Below, one piece after another: positions 33,452 to 41,145 of a DNA stretch of 41,145 nt. Source of the stretch: Gammaproteobacteria bacterium (GTDB lineage Bacteria > Pseudomonadota > Gammaproteobacteria > SZUA-152); contig JAADIL010000277.1 in assembly GCA_013151355.1 (NCBI GenBank), positions 1-41,145 on the forward strand, read 5' to 3'. A program made the translations under genes and the position numbers. Under the pieces are notes generated by a model. The model saw only the letters and a list, made by a program, of their open reading frames with translations. It had not been told where the DNA came from and ran no database searches. Numbering within the stretch: the first letter of the stretch is position 1; each line of letters begins with the position of its first letter.

Positions 33452-33919
33452 GTGCGTATTGTACTGATCGCTGTTGGTAACAAAATGCCTGCCTGGGTGG
33501 AGCAGGGTTACCAGGAATACGCACGCAGATTACCTGCGGACTGTACATTACAGCTGGTGGGAATTCCCGCAGGCAAACGTGGCAAGGGCGCGGACATTGC
33601 TCGCATCACCCGGCAGGAAGGTGAAAAAATGCTGGCCGCAGTGCCCAAAGGCGCGCATATCGTCACCCTGGAAGTTACCGGCCGTGCCTGGACCACCGAA
33701 AATTTATCGACCGAGCTGGATAGCTGGTTGCACGATGGCTGCGATGTAGCACTGTTAGTGGGTGGCCCCGAAGGTTTGGCACCAGAGTGCGTAGCGCGGG
33801 CCGGGCAGCGCTGGTCGTTATCCAGCCTCACTTTGCCACATCCGCTGGTGCGCATTGTGGTGGCTGAACAGCTTTATCGAGCCTGGAGTATTTTACAGAA
33901 TCATCCTTATCATCGATGA
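33452..33919 (+). CDS. rlmH: 23S rRNA (pseudouridine1915-N3)-methyltransferase RlmH
   Basis: GTG start, 155 aa. ...[11 protein letters not shown]...[35 protein letters not shown] is almost as in E. coli RlmH. Confidence 0.93.
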   Translation: MRIVLIAVGNKMPAWVEQGYQEYARRLPADCTLQLVGIPAGKRGKGADIARITRQEGEKMLAAVPKGAHIVTLEVTGRAWTTENLSTELDSWLHDGCDVALLVGGPEGLAPECVARAGQRWSLSSLTLPHPLVRIVVAEQLYRAWSILQNHPYHR

Positions 33920-33940
33920 TTTCCTGCCGGTACGGGAAGT

Positions 33941-34085
33941 GAAAATCCAGCGCAAAAACGCAAAGTGTTTTGTGGACATAGCGAATATGTATTGTTACAA
34001 CGAATATTCCGAAACAGCCGGTTATTTAAACATAAAATATTTTCTCTGCGATCTTTGCGTCTCCGCGCCTTTGCGTTAGATTTTT
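33941..34085. mobile_element. MITE-like element, family C, copy 2
   Basis: The left arm is GAAAATCCAGCGCAAAAACGCAAAG. The reverse complement of the right arm is GAAAAATCTAACGCAAAGGCGCGGAGACGCAAAG. It lies between rlmH and the DUF1272 gene. Confidence 0.6.
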
Positions 34086-34116
34086 CTTGAGTCACAAATC
34101 CCTAAAGGAAGAATGT

Positions 34117-34305
34117 ATGCTGGAACCTGGACCGAATTGTGAGTGCTGTGACAAGGATCTTCTACCAGGTTCAGAAGGTGCTGTTATTTGCACTTTTTGT
34201 AACGAATGTGCAGAAATAATGTTAAAGAGTAAGTGTCCTGATTGTGGAGGCAATTTTGTTCCCCGGCCTCCACTAAAAAAATCAGGGTGTGCAACCAATG
34301 CATAA
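34117..34305 (+). CDS. DUF1272-like small Cys-rich (zinc-ribbon) protein
   Basis: MLEPGPNCECCDKDLLPGSEGAVICTFCNECAEIMLKSKCPDCGGNFVPRP follows the pattern MLE.RPNCE.CD.DL.P.S..A.IC.....C..CA.....CPNCGG..V.RP. The RBS is AAGGAAG. It looks AT-richer than its neighbours. Confidence 0.65.
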   Translation: MLEPGPNCECCDKDLLPGSEGAVICTFCNECAEIMLKSKCPDCGGNFVPRPPLKKSGCATNA

Positions 34306-34319
34306 CCTGAAATAGTCCC

Positions 34320-34937
34320 GTGTCTCTGCCAGACCTCTACCTTGCTTCTGCTTCACCCCGTCGTCGCGAACTGTTGGCGCAAATCAGCTTAAACATTGAA
34401 GTTGTTTCACAGTCAGTGGCGGAACACTTGCTCGATAATGAATCCCCCGAAAGCTACGTGCAACGTCTGGCTCAGGAAAAGGCGCATGCAGGATTGGCCG
34501 CACTCACTGCTGACCGGCAGCGTCCCGTGTTGGGAGCCGATACTGCGGTGGTAGTGGATGACTGTATCCTGGGTAAACCCGCAGACGAGGTTGCGGCCCT
34601 GGCGATGCTGCGACAATTGTCGGGACGCACTCACCGGGTTTTATCGGCAGTGGCCGTGGTGGGGAAAGACAATCTCGGGCAAGATAGGGTCGAGGTATGC
34701 ATGAGCCAAAGCCGGGTGCGTTTTCGGCGCATTGAAGAGCAGGAGTGTCAGGCTTACTGGCGTACGGGTGAACCCGCAGACAAGGCCGGAGCCTATGGAA
34801 TTCAGGGGCTGGCAGCGGTATTTATCGAGCATCTCGAAGGCAGTTATTCCGGGGTGATGGGATTGCCGCTATTTGAAACCAGCGAACTCTTGTGCCGGTT
34901 TGGCATCAAAGTATTGCGTGAAAATAATAAGGATTAA
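34320..34937 (+). CDS. maf: Maf-like nucleoside triphosphate pyrophosphatase
   Basis: GTG start. The motifs are [24 protein letters not shown] and GAYGIQG. Confidence 0.9.
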   Translation: MSLPDLYLASASPRRRELLAQISLNIEVVSQSVAEHLLDNESPESYVQRLAQEKAHAGLAALTADRQRPVLGADTAVVVDDCILGKPADEVAALAMLRQLSGRTHRVLSAVAVVGKDNLGQDRVEVCMSQSRVRFRRIEEQECQAYWRTGEPADKAGAYGIQGLAAVFIEHLEGSYSGVMGLPLFETSELLCRFGIKVLRENNKD

Positions 34938-34948
34938 CAGAAAGTATC

Positions 34949-36436
34949 ATGAATGAAGAAATTCTGATTAATGTTACGCCTCGGGAAACCCGGGTGGCGG
35001 TGGTGGAAAACGGGGTGTTGCAGGAGTTGTTTATTGAGCGCACCAGCCGTCGCGGCCTGGTAGGCAATATTTATCGCGGCAAGGTTGTGCGGGTGCTGCC
35101 GGGCATGCAGGCAGCCTTTATTGATATTGGTCGTGAGCGTACGGCATTTTTGCATGCTTCGGACATTATTGGTCGCACCAAAAGCGGTAACGGCTCTGCT
35201 AATGGCAATGCGGAAAACGGCAAACCTGGCGATAACATTGTTGATCTTTTGCATCAGGGCCAGGAATTACTGGTACAGGTAGTGAAAGACCCTTTGGGTA
35301 GCAAAGGTGCACGATTGACCACACATCTTTCTGTTGCGGCGCGTTTTTTGGTGTACATGCCGGGTGAAGACCATATCGGTATTTCGCAAAAAATTGAAGA
35401 TGAAATCGAACGTCAACGCTTGCGTGATTTGCTGGCGGCACTGTCTGAAGAACTGGGCACGGGGGGTTACATTGTGCGCACCGTGGCGGAAGGTGTCAGC
35501 GAACAGGAGCTGCGAGCTGATGTAGAGTTCTTGCGCAAGCTGTGGGAAGAAATCCAGGAACGTGAAAAAACCTGTGCCCCCGGTACTCTGGTACACGGTG
35601 ATTTGTCTCTGGTGATGCGCACCATGCGTGACCAGGTGGATATTGATATTGAAAAAGTGCGTATTGACTCGCGTGAAAATTATGAACGGGCGAGAAAATT
35701 TGCCGGTAAATTTATCCCGGCCATGGCAGATCGCATTGAATATTATCCGGGTGAACGGCCCATCTTTGATCTTTATGGTATCGAGGATGAAATACAAAAG
35801 GCCTTGAGTCGCAAGGTGCAATTGAAGTCAGGTGGTTATCTCGTTGTGGACCAAACCGAAGCGCTGACCACGATTGATGTGAATACCGGAGCCTTTGTAG
35901 GCCACCGCAATCTTGAAGAAACCATTTTTAAAACCAACCTGGAAGCGACGCTGGCCATTGCCCGACAACTGCGACTGCGTAACCTGGGTGGCATTATCAT
36001 TCTCGATTTTATAGACATGACGGATGCCAGTCATCGTGAGCAGGTGATGCGTGCGCTGGAAAAAAATCTGGAGCGAGACAAGGCCAAGAGCCATATTTGT
36101 GAAGTGTCTGGTCTGGGGCTGGTGGAAATGACGCGCAAACGGACTCGCGAAAGTCTTGAGCATGTGTTGTGTGAGCCTTGCCCCTGTTGTGAAGGCCGAG
36201 GATCGGTGCGCACGGCAGAAACCGTGTGTTACGAAGTGTTTCGCGAATTAATTCGTGAGTCACGCCAGTATGAAACCGAACAATTTCTGGTATTGGCTTC
36301 ACAAGAAGTCGTTGATTTAATGTTAGACGAGGAGTCGGCAGGCGTGGCGGAGCTGGAAGAATTTATTGGTCGTCCGATCCGTTTTCAGGTGGAAAGTCTT
36401 TATACCCAGGAACAGTTTGACGTGGTGTTAATGTGA
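34949..36436 (+). CDS. rng: Ribonuclease G
   Basis: 495 aa. It has an S1 domain (GNIYRGKVVRVLPGMQAAFIDIG) and the RNase E/G catalytic core (IDVNTG...). It sits in the classical position after maf. Confidence 0.93.
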   Translation: MNEEILINVTPRETRVAVVENGVLQELFIERTSRRGLVGNIYRGKVVRVLPGMQAAFIDIGRERTAFLHASDIIGRTKSGNGSANGNAENGKPGDNIVDLLHQGQELLVQVVKDPLGSKGARLTTHLSVAARFLVYMPGEDHIGISQKIEDEIERQRLRDLLAALSEELGTGGYIVRTVAEGVSEQELRADVEFLRKLWEEIQEREKTCAPGTLVHGDLSLVMRTMRDQVDIDIEKVRIDSRENYERARKFAGKFIPAMADRIEYYPGERPIFDLYGIEDEIQKALSRKVQLKSGGYLVVDQTEALTTIDVNTGAFVGHRNLEETIFKTNLEATLAIARQLRLRNLGGIIILDFIDMTDASHREQVMRALEKNLERDKAKSHICEVSGLGLVEMTRKRTRESLEHVLCEPCPCCEGRGSVRTAETVCYEVFRELIRESRQYETEQFLVLASQEVVDLMLDEESAGVAELEEFIGRPIRFQVESLYTQEQFDVVLM

Positions 36437-36482
36437 CTTTTCTTCGCCAGTATTTGCGCACCGGTGTTATGGACTGACAATT

Positions 36483-39400
36483 TTGGCGAACCTCTTGACA
36501 AACCTTCAGGCAAATAAGGGAAGTACGATTTATCGATTCGTTTGGGTAAGTGCCTGGTATGCATTTGCCGCTGTTGTGGTGTTGGTGGCTACGTTGTTTG
36601 CCGCTGCCCGTCTTTTATTACCTTATGCTGATCAATATAGCGTCGAAATAGGCGAACGTCTCAGTAACTATCTTGAGCAACCCGTGCTGGTACGTGCCCT
36701 GGATGCAGAATGGGATGGCTGGGGGCCGTCGCTGGTGTTGCGTGATGCGGCGTTGCTGGACGCCATGGGTGAGCATCCGGTGTTGCGACTGGAAAAAATT
36801 CGCCTGGGTTTTGACCTGTTCGACTCGGTGCGTCAGTGGCAGCCGATATTTTCCCATATCACTCTGGTGGGTGTTGATCTGGTACTGACACGCAGCGAGC
36901 TCGGCGAGTTTTCTGTGGAGGGGGTATCAGCCGGGAACAGCGAGGTTGAGCGAAAACCGGAAGATACAGCACGGGTGATGGCGTGGTTGTTTTCCCAGGG
37001 CCGACTTGGTTTGGAAAATAGCAATATTACCTGGCGCGATGAAATGGGCGCAGGTCGAGTGATGCATTTTTCTGCGGTCAACGTCAGCCTGCGTAATGAT
37101 GATGATCGACACCAGCTGGATGCCTCACTTGCCTTGCCGCGTAACCTTGGCAAGTCGCTGGTGTTGCGTGTTGACATGTACGGTAATCCCTTGCAGGCAA
37201 CCGGACGACGCACACAATTGTATTTGGCCGGTGAACATGTGCATTTAACAGAATTGTTTGAAACACAATCGTTGGCAGGTGTGGGTGTTTCAGCAAAAAG
37301 TGCCAGCTTCCAGGTATGGGCAGGGTGGAAAGATGGACAGCTTCAACAACTAAAAGGTAATGCCGATGCGGGCGGTGTGGCATTGATGCCCGCTGAATCT
37401 GCAACAGATAATGCTCTGGATAAAAAGACATTATTGCTTGACCGGGTAGCCGCTGATTTTGATTGGCAGAAAATGGATAAGGGTTGGCAATTTGAGGCAA
37501 ACGATTTATTGCTTGCGCGGCAATCTCGTCAGTGGCAGCCATCACGTGTTTCACTGACGTTTATGGAGACGGCGGAAGCTGACGCAGAATTTAATGTTTA
37601 TGCCAGTTTTTTACAGTTAGAAGATGTTACCCGGCTGTTATCATTATTTTCTGTTGGTGGCGAAGCTGTACAGAAAGCATTATTGACGATCAAGCCGCGT
37701 GGCGAAATTCGTGATGCTGAAATTATCTGGCAAGCAGGTGATATTCCCCGCTATCGCGCCTATGCCCGATTACAAACTGCCTCTGTCAATGCCTGGCGCG
37801 CCGTTCCCGCAGCGCAAAAAATTGATGGACAATTATGGGTAGACTCTGACGGTGGGCAAGTTGCCTTACAACGTGCTGCAATGACGCTGGATTTTCCCAA
37901 TTTGTTTCGTTGGCCAATCACAGTGAACGAGTTGCGAGGAAATGTTGCCTGGCAGCAGAAGGGGAAAAGCTGGCGTGTTATCGGCCGCAAGCTGGAAGCC
38001 AGTAATAAAGACATCAGTGCTTCCGCAACTCTGGATGTTGTGCAGGATGATGCAAAAAAATCTCCTTTTATGTCCCTGCTGGTTGATTTCCGTGATGGTG
38101 ATGGCAGTCAGGTGGCGCGGTATTTACCGACGGGTATGATGTCCCCGAATGCCGTTTCCTGGCTGGATGAGGCCATCGTTGGCGCACATATTATTTCAGG
38201 TGGCACACTTTTTCACGGACGGCTGGATGACTTTCCCTTTGATCAGGGGAACGGGCGATTTGAAGTCAGTTTTGCCGCAGAAAATGCCAGCCTGAATTAT
38301 GCGGAAAACTGGCCACCGATCACGGATATTACGGCAAACGTGCATTTTCTTGGTCGGTCCATGTCGATCGTGGCGAAAAAAGGCAAAATATTTTCTAATA
38401 ATATTCAGTGGGCAAAAGTAAGCATTGCTGATATGACAGCAACACCCATCCAGTTGAACATTGAAGGTGAAGTGCAGGGGTCAACACAGGAAAAGCTTGA
38501 TTACCTGGTGGCCAGTCCACCGCTTTACACAGCCTTCGCAGAACATCTGAAAGACATGGAGGCCAAAGGTAGCAGTTTGCTGAATCTGAATTTGTCACTA
38601 CCCATTGGTAATGATGAACCCGTACAGGTGAATGGCTGGTTGACGATGAAAGAAAACACCCTGTCAATTCCACCACTGGGCCAGGTGTTAAGTGATGTTG
38701 GTGGTCGGCTGGATTTTTCCCGGAAAGGTTTGCGCGCCGACAATATACAGGCTGATTTATTTGGACAGACAACACAAATAAATATCACAACGGATGAAAC
38801 TCGCCTTAATCCCAAAGTGCGAATTCGTGCGCGAGGTATGTTTGATGCGCCGAATTTAGCGGCACGCTATTTGCCTCCCGCCAAAAAATTATTGGCGGGG
38901 AAGGGTGACTGGAATATCTCTTTTGATATTCCGCTTGGCGGGGAGGACACGGATACCCGGCGTGTTGCCGTTTTACAGATGCGCACCAATCTCAAAGGTG
39001 TCGAGGCGCGCCTGCCGCCGCCTTTTGACAAGACTGCGGAGGACGCTGGCAGCCTGGAGTTGCGTGTGGATTTTCCACCGAAACAATTGCCCGTGTTGCG
39101 TGTTAATTATGACGGTTTCGTGGATGGCATTTTTGCGTTGGGTGATGTTTCAACGGGTAAAGCACCGTTGGACAAAGTCGCCGCTGCAAACAGTTTTCGC
39201 GGTGAAGTGCGCCTCAATGGGGGGGCTGCGAAAATGCCGACAGTCCCCGGATTACGTTTGAGTGGTTGGCTGGACACCGTATCACTGGATGACTGGCGTA
39301 ATTTACAGTTGGCAGAGCCAGCAACAAACGATGCGAGTGTGCCGTTGTTCAATTCTGCGGATATCGCCGTGCGCAAGCTGGAACTCTACGGGCAGCAGTT

Positions 39401-40424
39401 GCACAATGTTCGATTTAAACTTGCAGCCGTGAAAGATGCTTTGCAAGCCGATATTGACAGCAAAGAACTAAAGGGTCGTATTTTATTGCCACACAAAGGG
39501 CAGGACAATCCCATTCGTGCCGATCTGGATTATTGTTATCTCTCTGAAGTGAGTGAAGTCGGTGGTGCGATGGACCCACGGGCTATTCCCGCGCTGGATT
39601 TTCATATTGCTGACTTCCGTTATAAAAACAGCAAATTTGGTTCGATGCGCCTGGAAACTGCCAGAGTGGCGGATGGTGTGCGCATCGAGCAATTGGTGTT
39701 GAAGCCGCGTTCCACCACGATCACGGCCCGTGGTGGTTGGTATGTGCGAGGCAAACAGCAGTATTCCAATCTGCAAATGCATGTTGAGAGCCGTAATATT
39801 GGTCATACGCTCAAGGCACTGGACTATGTAGGTGGCATCAACAAAGGCAAAGGAAGTGCGGATCTCGAATTGAAGTGGCCAGGTTCTTTTACCGATGTGG
39901 ATGCCAGTAACATTCAGGGCAAGATGAATTTGTCACTAAAGGACGGTTACTTGCTGGATGTTGATCCTGGTGCCGGGCGCATGTTTGGCATGCTCAGTAT
40001 TCAAGCATTGCCGAGGCGCTTGTTGCTGGACTTTTCCGATGTGTTTAAAAAAGGATTTGGCTTTGATCGCATCAGGGGCAGCTTTACCATCGAAGATGGT
40101 GATGCCTACACGAATAACTTATATATGGATGGCCCTGCTGCACGCGTCGAAATTGCCGGGCGTACAGGTCTTGCCGAGCAGGACTATGATCAACTGGTGA
40201 CCGTTACGCCTCATGTGGCAGACAGTTTGCCCATGCTGGGTATTCTGGCGGCGACGCCGCAGGTGGGTGCTGCCATCCTGGCGTTCCAGAAAATATTTCA
40301 GCCGCAAATTGATGACGCCACTAAAAACCAGTACACCATTACTGGCAGCTGGAATGAGCCAGTGATCAAAAAAGTTAAATCCTCCGGGGCGACAACCGAT
40401 AATTTTGATGAAGACGAATCGTAG
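36483..40424 (+). CDS. yhdP: YhdP-family (AsmA-like) large envelope protein
   Basis: 1313 aa with a single N-terminal TM helix. It lies in the conserved position downstream of rng. The C-terminal ...GSWNEPVI motif is typical of the family. The TTG start is uncertain. Confidence 0.85.
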   Translation: MANLLTNLQANKGSTIYRFVWVSAWYAFAAVVVLVATLFAAARLLLPYADQYSVEIGERLSNYLEQPVLVRALDAEWDGWGPSLVLRDAALLDAMGEHPVLRLEKIRLGFDLFDSVRQWQPIFSHITLVGVDLVLTRSELGEFSVEGVSAGNSEVERKPEDTARVMAWLFSQGRLGLENSNITWRDEMGAGRVMHFSAVNVSLRNDDDRHQLDASLALPRNLGKSLVLRVDMYGNPLQATGRRTQLYLAGEHVHLTELFETQSLAGVGVSAKSASFQVWAGWKDGQLQQLKGNADAGGVALMPAESATDNALDKKTLLLDRVAADFDWQKMDKGWQFEANDLLLARQSRQWQPSRVSLTFMETAEADAEFNVYASFLQLEDVTRLLSLFSVGGEAVQKALLTIKPRGEIRDAEIIWQAGDIPRYRAYARLQTASVNAWRAVPAAQKIDGQLWVDSDGGQVALQRAAMTLDFPNLFRWPITVNELRGNVAWQQKGKSWRVIGRKLEASNKDISASATLDVVQDDAKKSPFMSLLVDFRDGDGSQVARYLPTGMMSPNAVSWLDEAIVGAHIISGGTLFHGRLDDFPFDQGNGRFEVSFAAENASLNYAENWPPITDITANVHFLGRSMSIVAKKGKIFSNNIQWAKVSIADMTATPIQLNIEGEVQGSTQEKLDYLVASPPLYTAFAEHLKDMEAKGSSLLNLNLSLPIGNDEPVQVNGWLTMKENTLSIPPLGQVLSDVGGRLDFSRKGLRADNIQADLFGQTTQINITTDETRLNPKVRIRARGMFDAPNLAARYLPPAKKLLAGKGDWNISFDIPLGGEDTDTRRVAVLQMRTNLKGVEARLPPPFDKTAEDAGSLELRVDFPPKQLPVLRVNYDGFVDGIFALGDVSTGKAPLDKVAAANSFRGEVRLNGGAAKMPTVPGLRLSGWLDTVSLDDWRNLQLAEPATNDASVPLFNSADIAVRKLELYGQQLHNVRFKLAAVKDALQADIDSKELKGRILLPHKGQDNPIRADLDYCYLSEVSEVGGAMDPRAIPALDFHIADFRYKNSKFGSMRLETARVADGVRIEQLVLKPRSTTITARGGWYVRGKQQYSNLQMHVESRNIGHTLKALDYVGGINKGKGSADLELKWPGSFTDVDASNIQGKMNLSLKDGYLLDVDPGAGRMFGMLSIQALPRRLLLDFSDVFKKGFGFDRIRGSFTIEDGDAYTNNLYMDGPAARVEIAGRTGLAEQDYDQLVTVTPHVADSLPMLGILAATPQVGAAILAFQKIFQPQIDDATKNQYTITGSWNEPVIKKVKSSGATTDNFDEDES

Positions 40425-40513
40425 CCATTGAGAGGATAATCTGTTGGGAAATAGATTGTGATGCTATGATTTCCCGTGAATAATTCAAACAAAAAGCAGT
40501 AGCAAGGAATCAC

Positions 40514-41143
40514 ATGACAAAAATCGCAGCAGTGCAAATGGCCTCCGGGCCCAATGTGAACGCAAATCTCATTGAAGCCGGGCGCTTGATCGCCAGGGCC
40601 GCCGAGGCGGGCGCCGGACTTGTCGTATTACCCGAAAATTTTGCCATTATGGGCATGACAGAAACCGACAAGGTTGACGTGCGTGAAGCTGATGGTCAGG
40701 GCCCTATTCAGGACTTTCTCGCCGAGCAAGCCAAAAAGCATGGACTGTGGCTGGTGGGCGGCACCATTCCCCTGATTGCAGATGCCGCCAATAAAGTGCG
40801 TAGCGCCTGCCTGTTGTATGACGATCAGGGGCAGCGTGTTGTTCGTTACGACAAGGTGCATTTGTTTGATGTGCATCTGCCTGACAATGATGAAAACTAT
40901 GTGGAATCGGAAACCATTGAACATGGTGAACATGTCATTGTTGCCGACACCCCGTTCGGTCGCCTTGGTTTGGGCGTGTGTTATGATCTGCGTTTCCCGG
41001 GCATCTTTCGTCGCATGCTGGACGAAGGGGTGGAAATTATTGCCTTGCCATCGGCGTTTACCGCGATTACCGGCAAAGCGCACTGGGAAGTACTGGTACG
41101 TGCCAGGGCCATAGAAAACTTGTGTTATGTGATTGCCGCTGCG
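40514..41143 (+). CDS. Carbon-nitrogen hydrolase (nitrilase superfamily), 3-prime end outside the window
   Basis: Absent from the ORF track because it is open-ended. My translation is MTKIAAVQMASGPNVNANL...LVVLPENF...YDKVHLFD...GLGVCYDLRFP... It contains the catalytic Glu, Lys and Cys (E-K-C triad) contexts. Confidence 0.85.
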   Translation, partial: MTKIAAVQMASGPNVNANLIEAGRLIARAAEAGAGLVVLPENFAIMGMTETDKVDVREADGQGPIQDFLAEQAKKHGLWLVGGTIPLIADAANKVRSACLLYDDQGQRVVRYDKVHLFDVHLPDNDENYVESETIEHGEHVIVADTPFGRLGLGVCYDLRFPGIFRRMLDEGVEIIALPSAFTAITGKAHWEVLVRARAIENLCYVIAAA

Positions 41144-41145
41144 CA

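Noticed and set aside
1-41145. CRISPR arrays, tRNA, rRNA, tmRNA, RNase P, SRP or 6S RNA genes
   Set aside because: No regularly spaced short direct repeats were found. All repeats are palindromic singletons or dispersed copies. No cloverleaf-like or conserved RNA signature strings were spotted in the intergenic regions. A tRNAscan/Infernal run would be the proper test.

Overview
This 41-kb window looks like a chromosomal segment of a gammaproteobacterium-type genome. The evidence is the conserved neighbourhoods lptE-holA-proA-nadD-rsfS-rlmH and maf-rng-yhdP-nitrilase, a cysB / sulfite reductase / cysH sulfur block, rho, rlmL, zapE and nhaA. I support about 37 protein-coding genes and saw no rRNA, tRNA or CRISPR array. 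Three loci are not ordinary housekeeping. (1) At 0.5-4.1 kb a tightly packed minus-strand operon encodes a response-regulator-like protein, a small Ras/MglA/CvnD-like GTPase, a PstB-like ABC ATPase fused to a CX5R protein phosphatase, and a Roadblock/LC7 (MglB-like) protein. This resembles a 'conservon' but is wired differently, and it is my best candidate for an undescribed signalling system. (2) At 14.26-15.33 kb an AT-rich two-gene Tse2/Tsi2-like toxin-immunity cassette sits exactly in the convergent zapE/nhaA junction. It is bracketed by ~150-bp direct repeats that duplicate that junction, and no T6SS genes are in view. (3) At 21.0-23.2 kb two ankyrin-repeat lipoproteins bracket a triheme c7-type cytochrome. 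The intergenic spaces also carry at least four families of palindromic MITE/REP-like elements, most with two or more copies in the window. Several of these inflate the ORF-track N-termini. All homology statements come from reading the translations and from remembered family signatures. None has been checked against a database.
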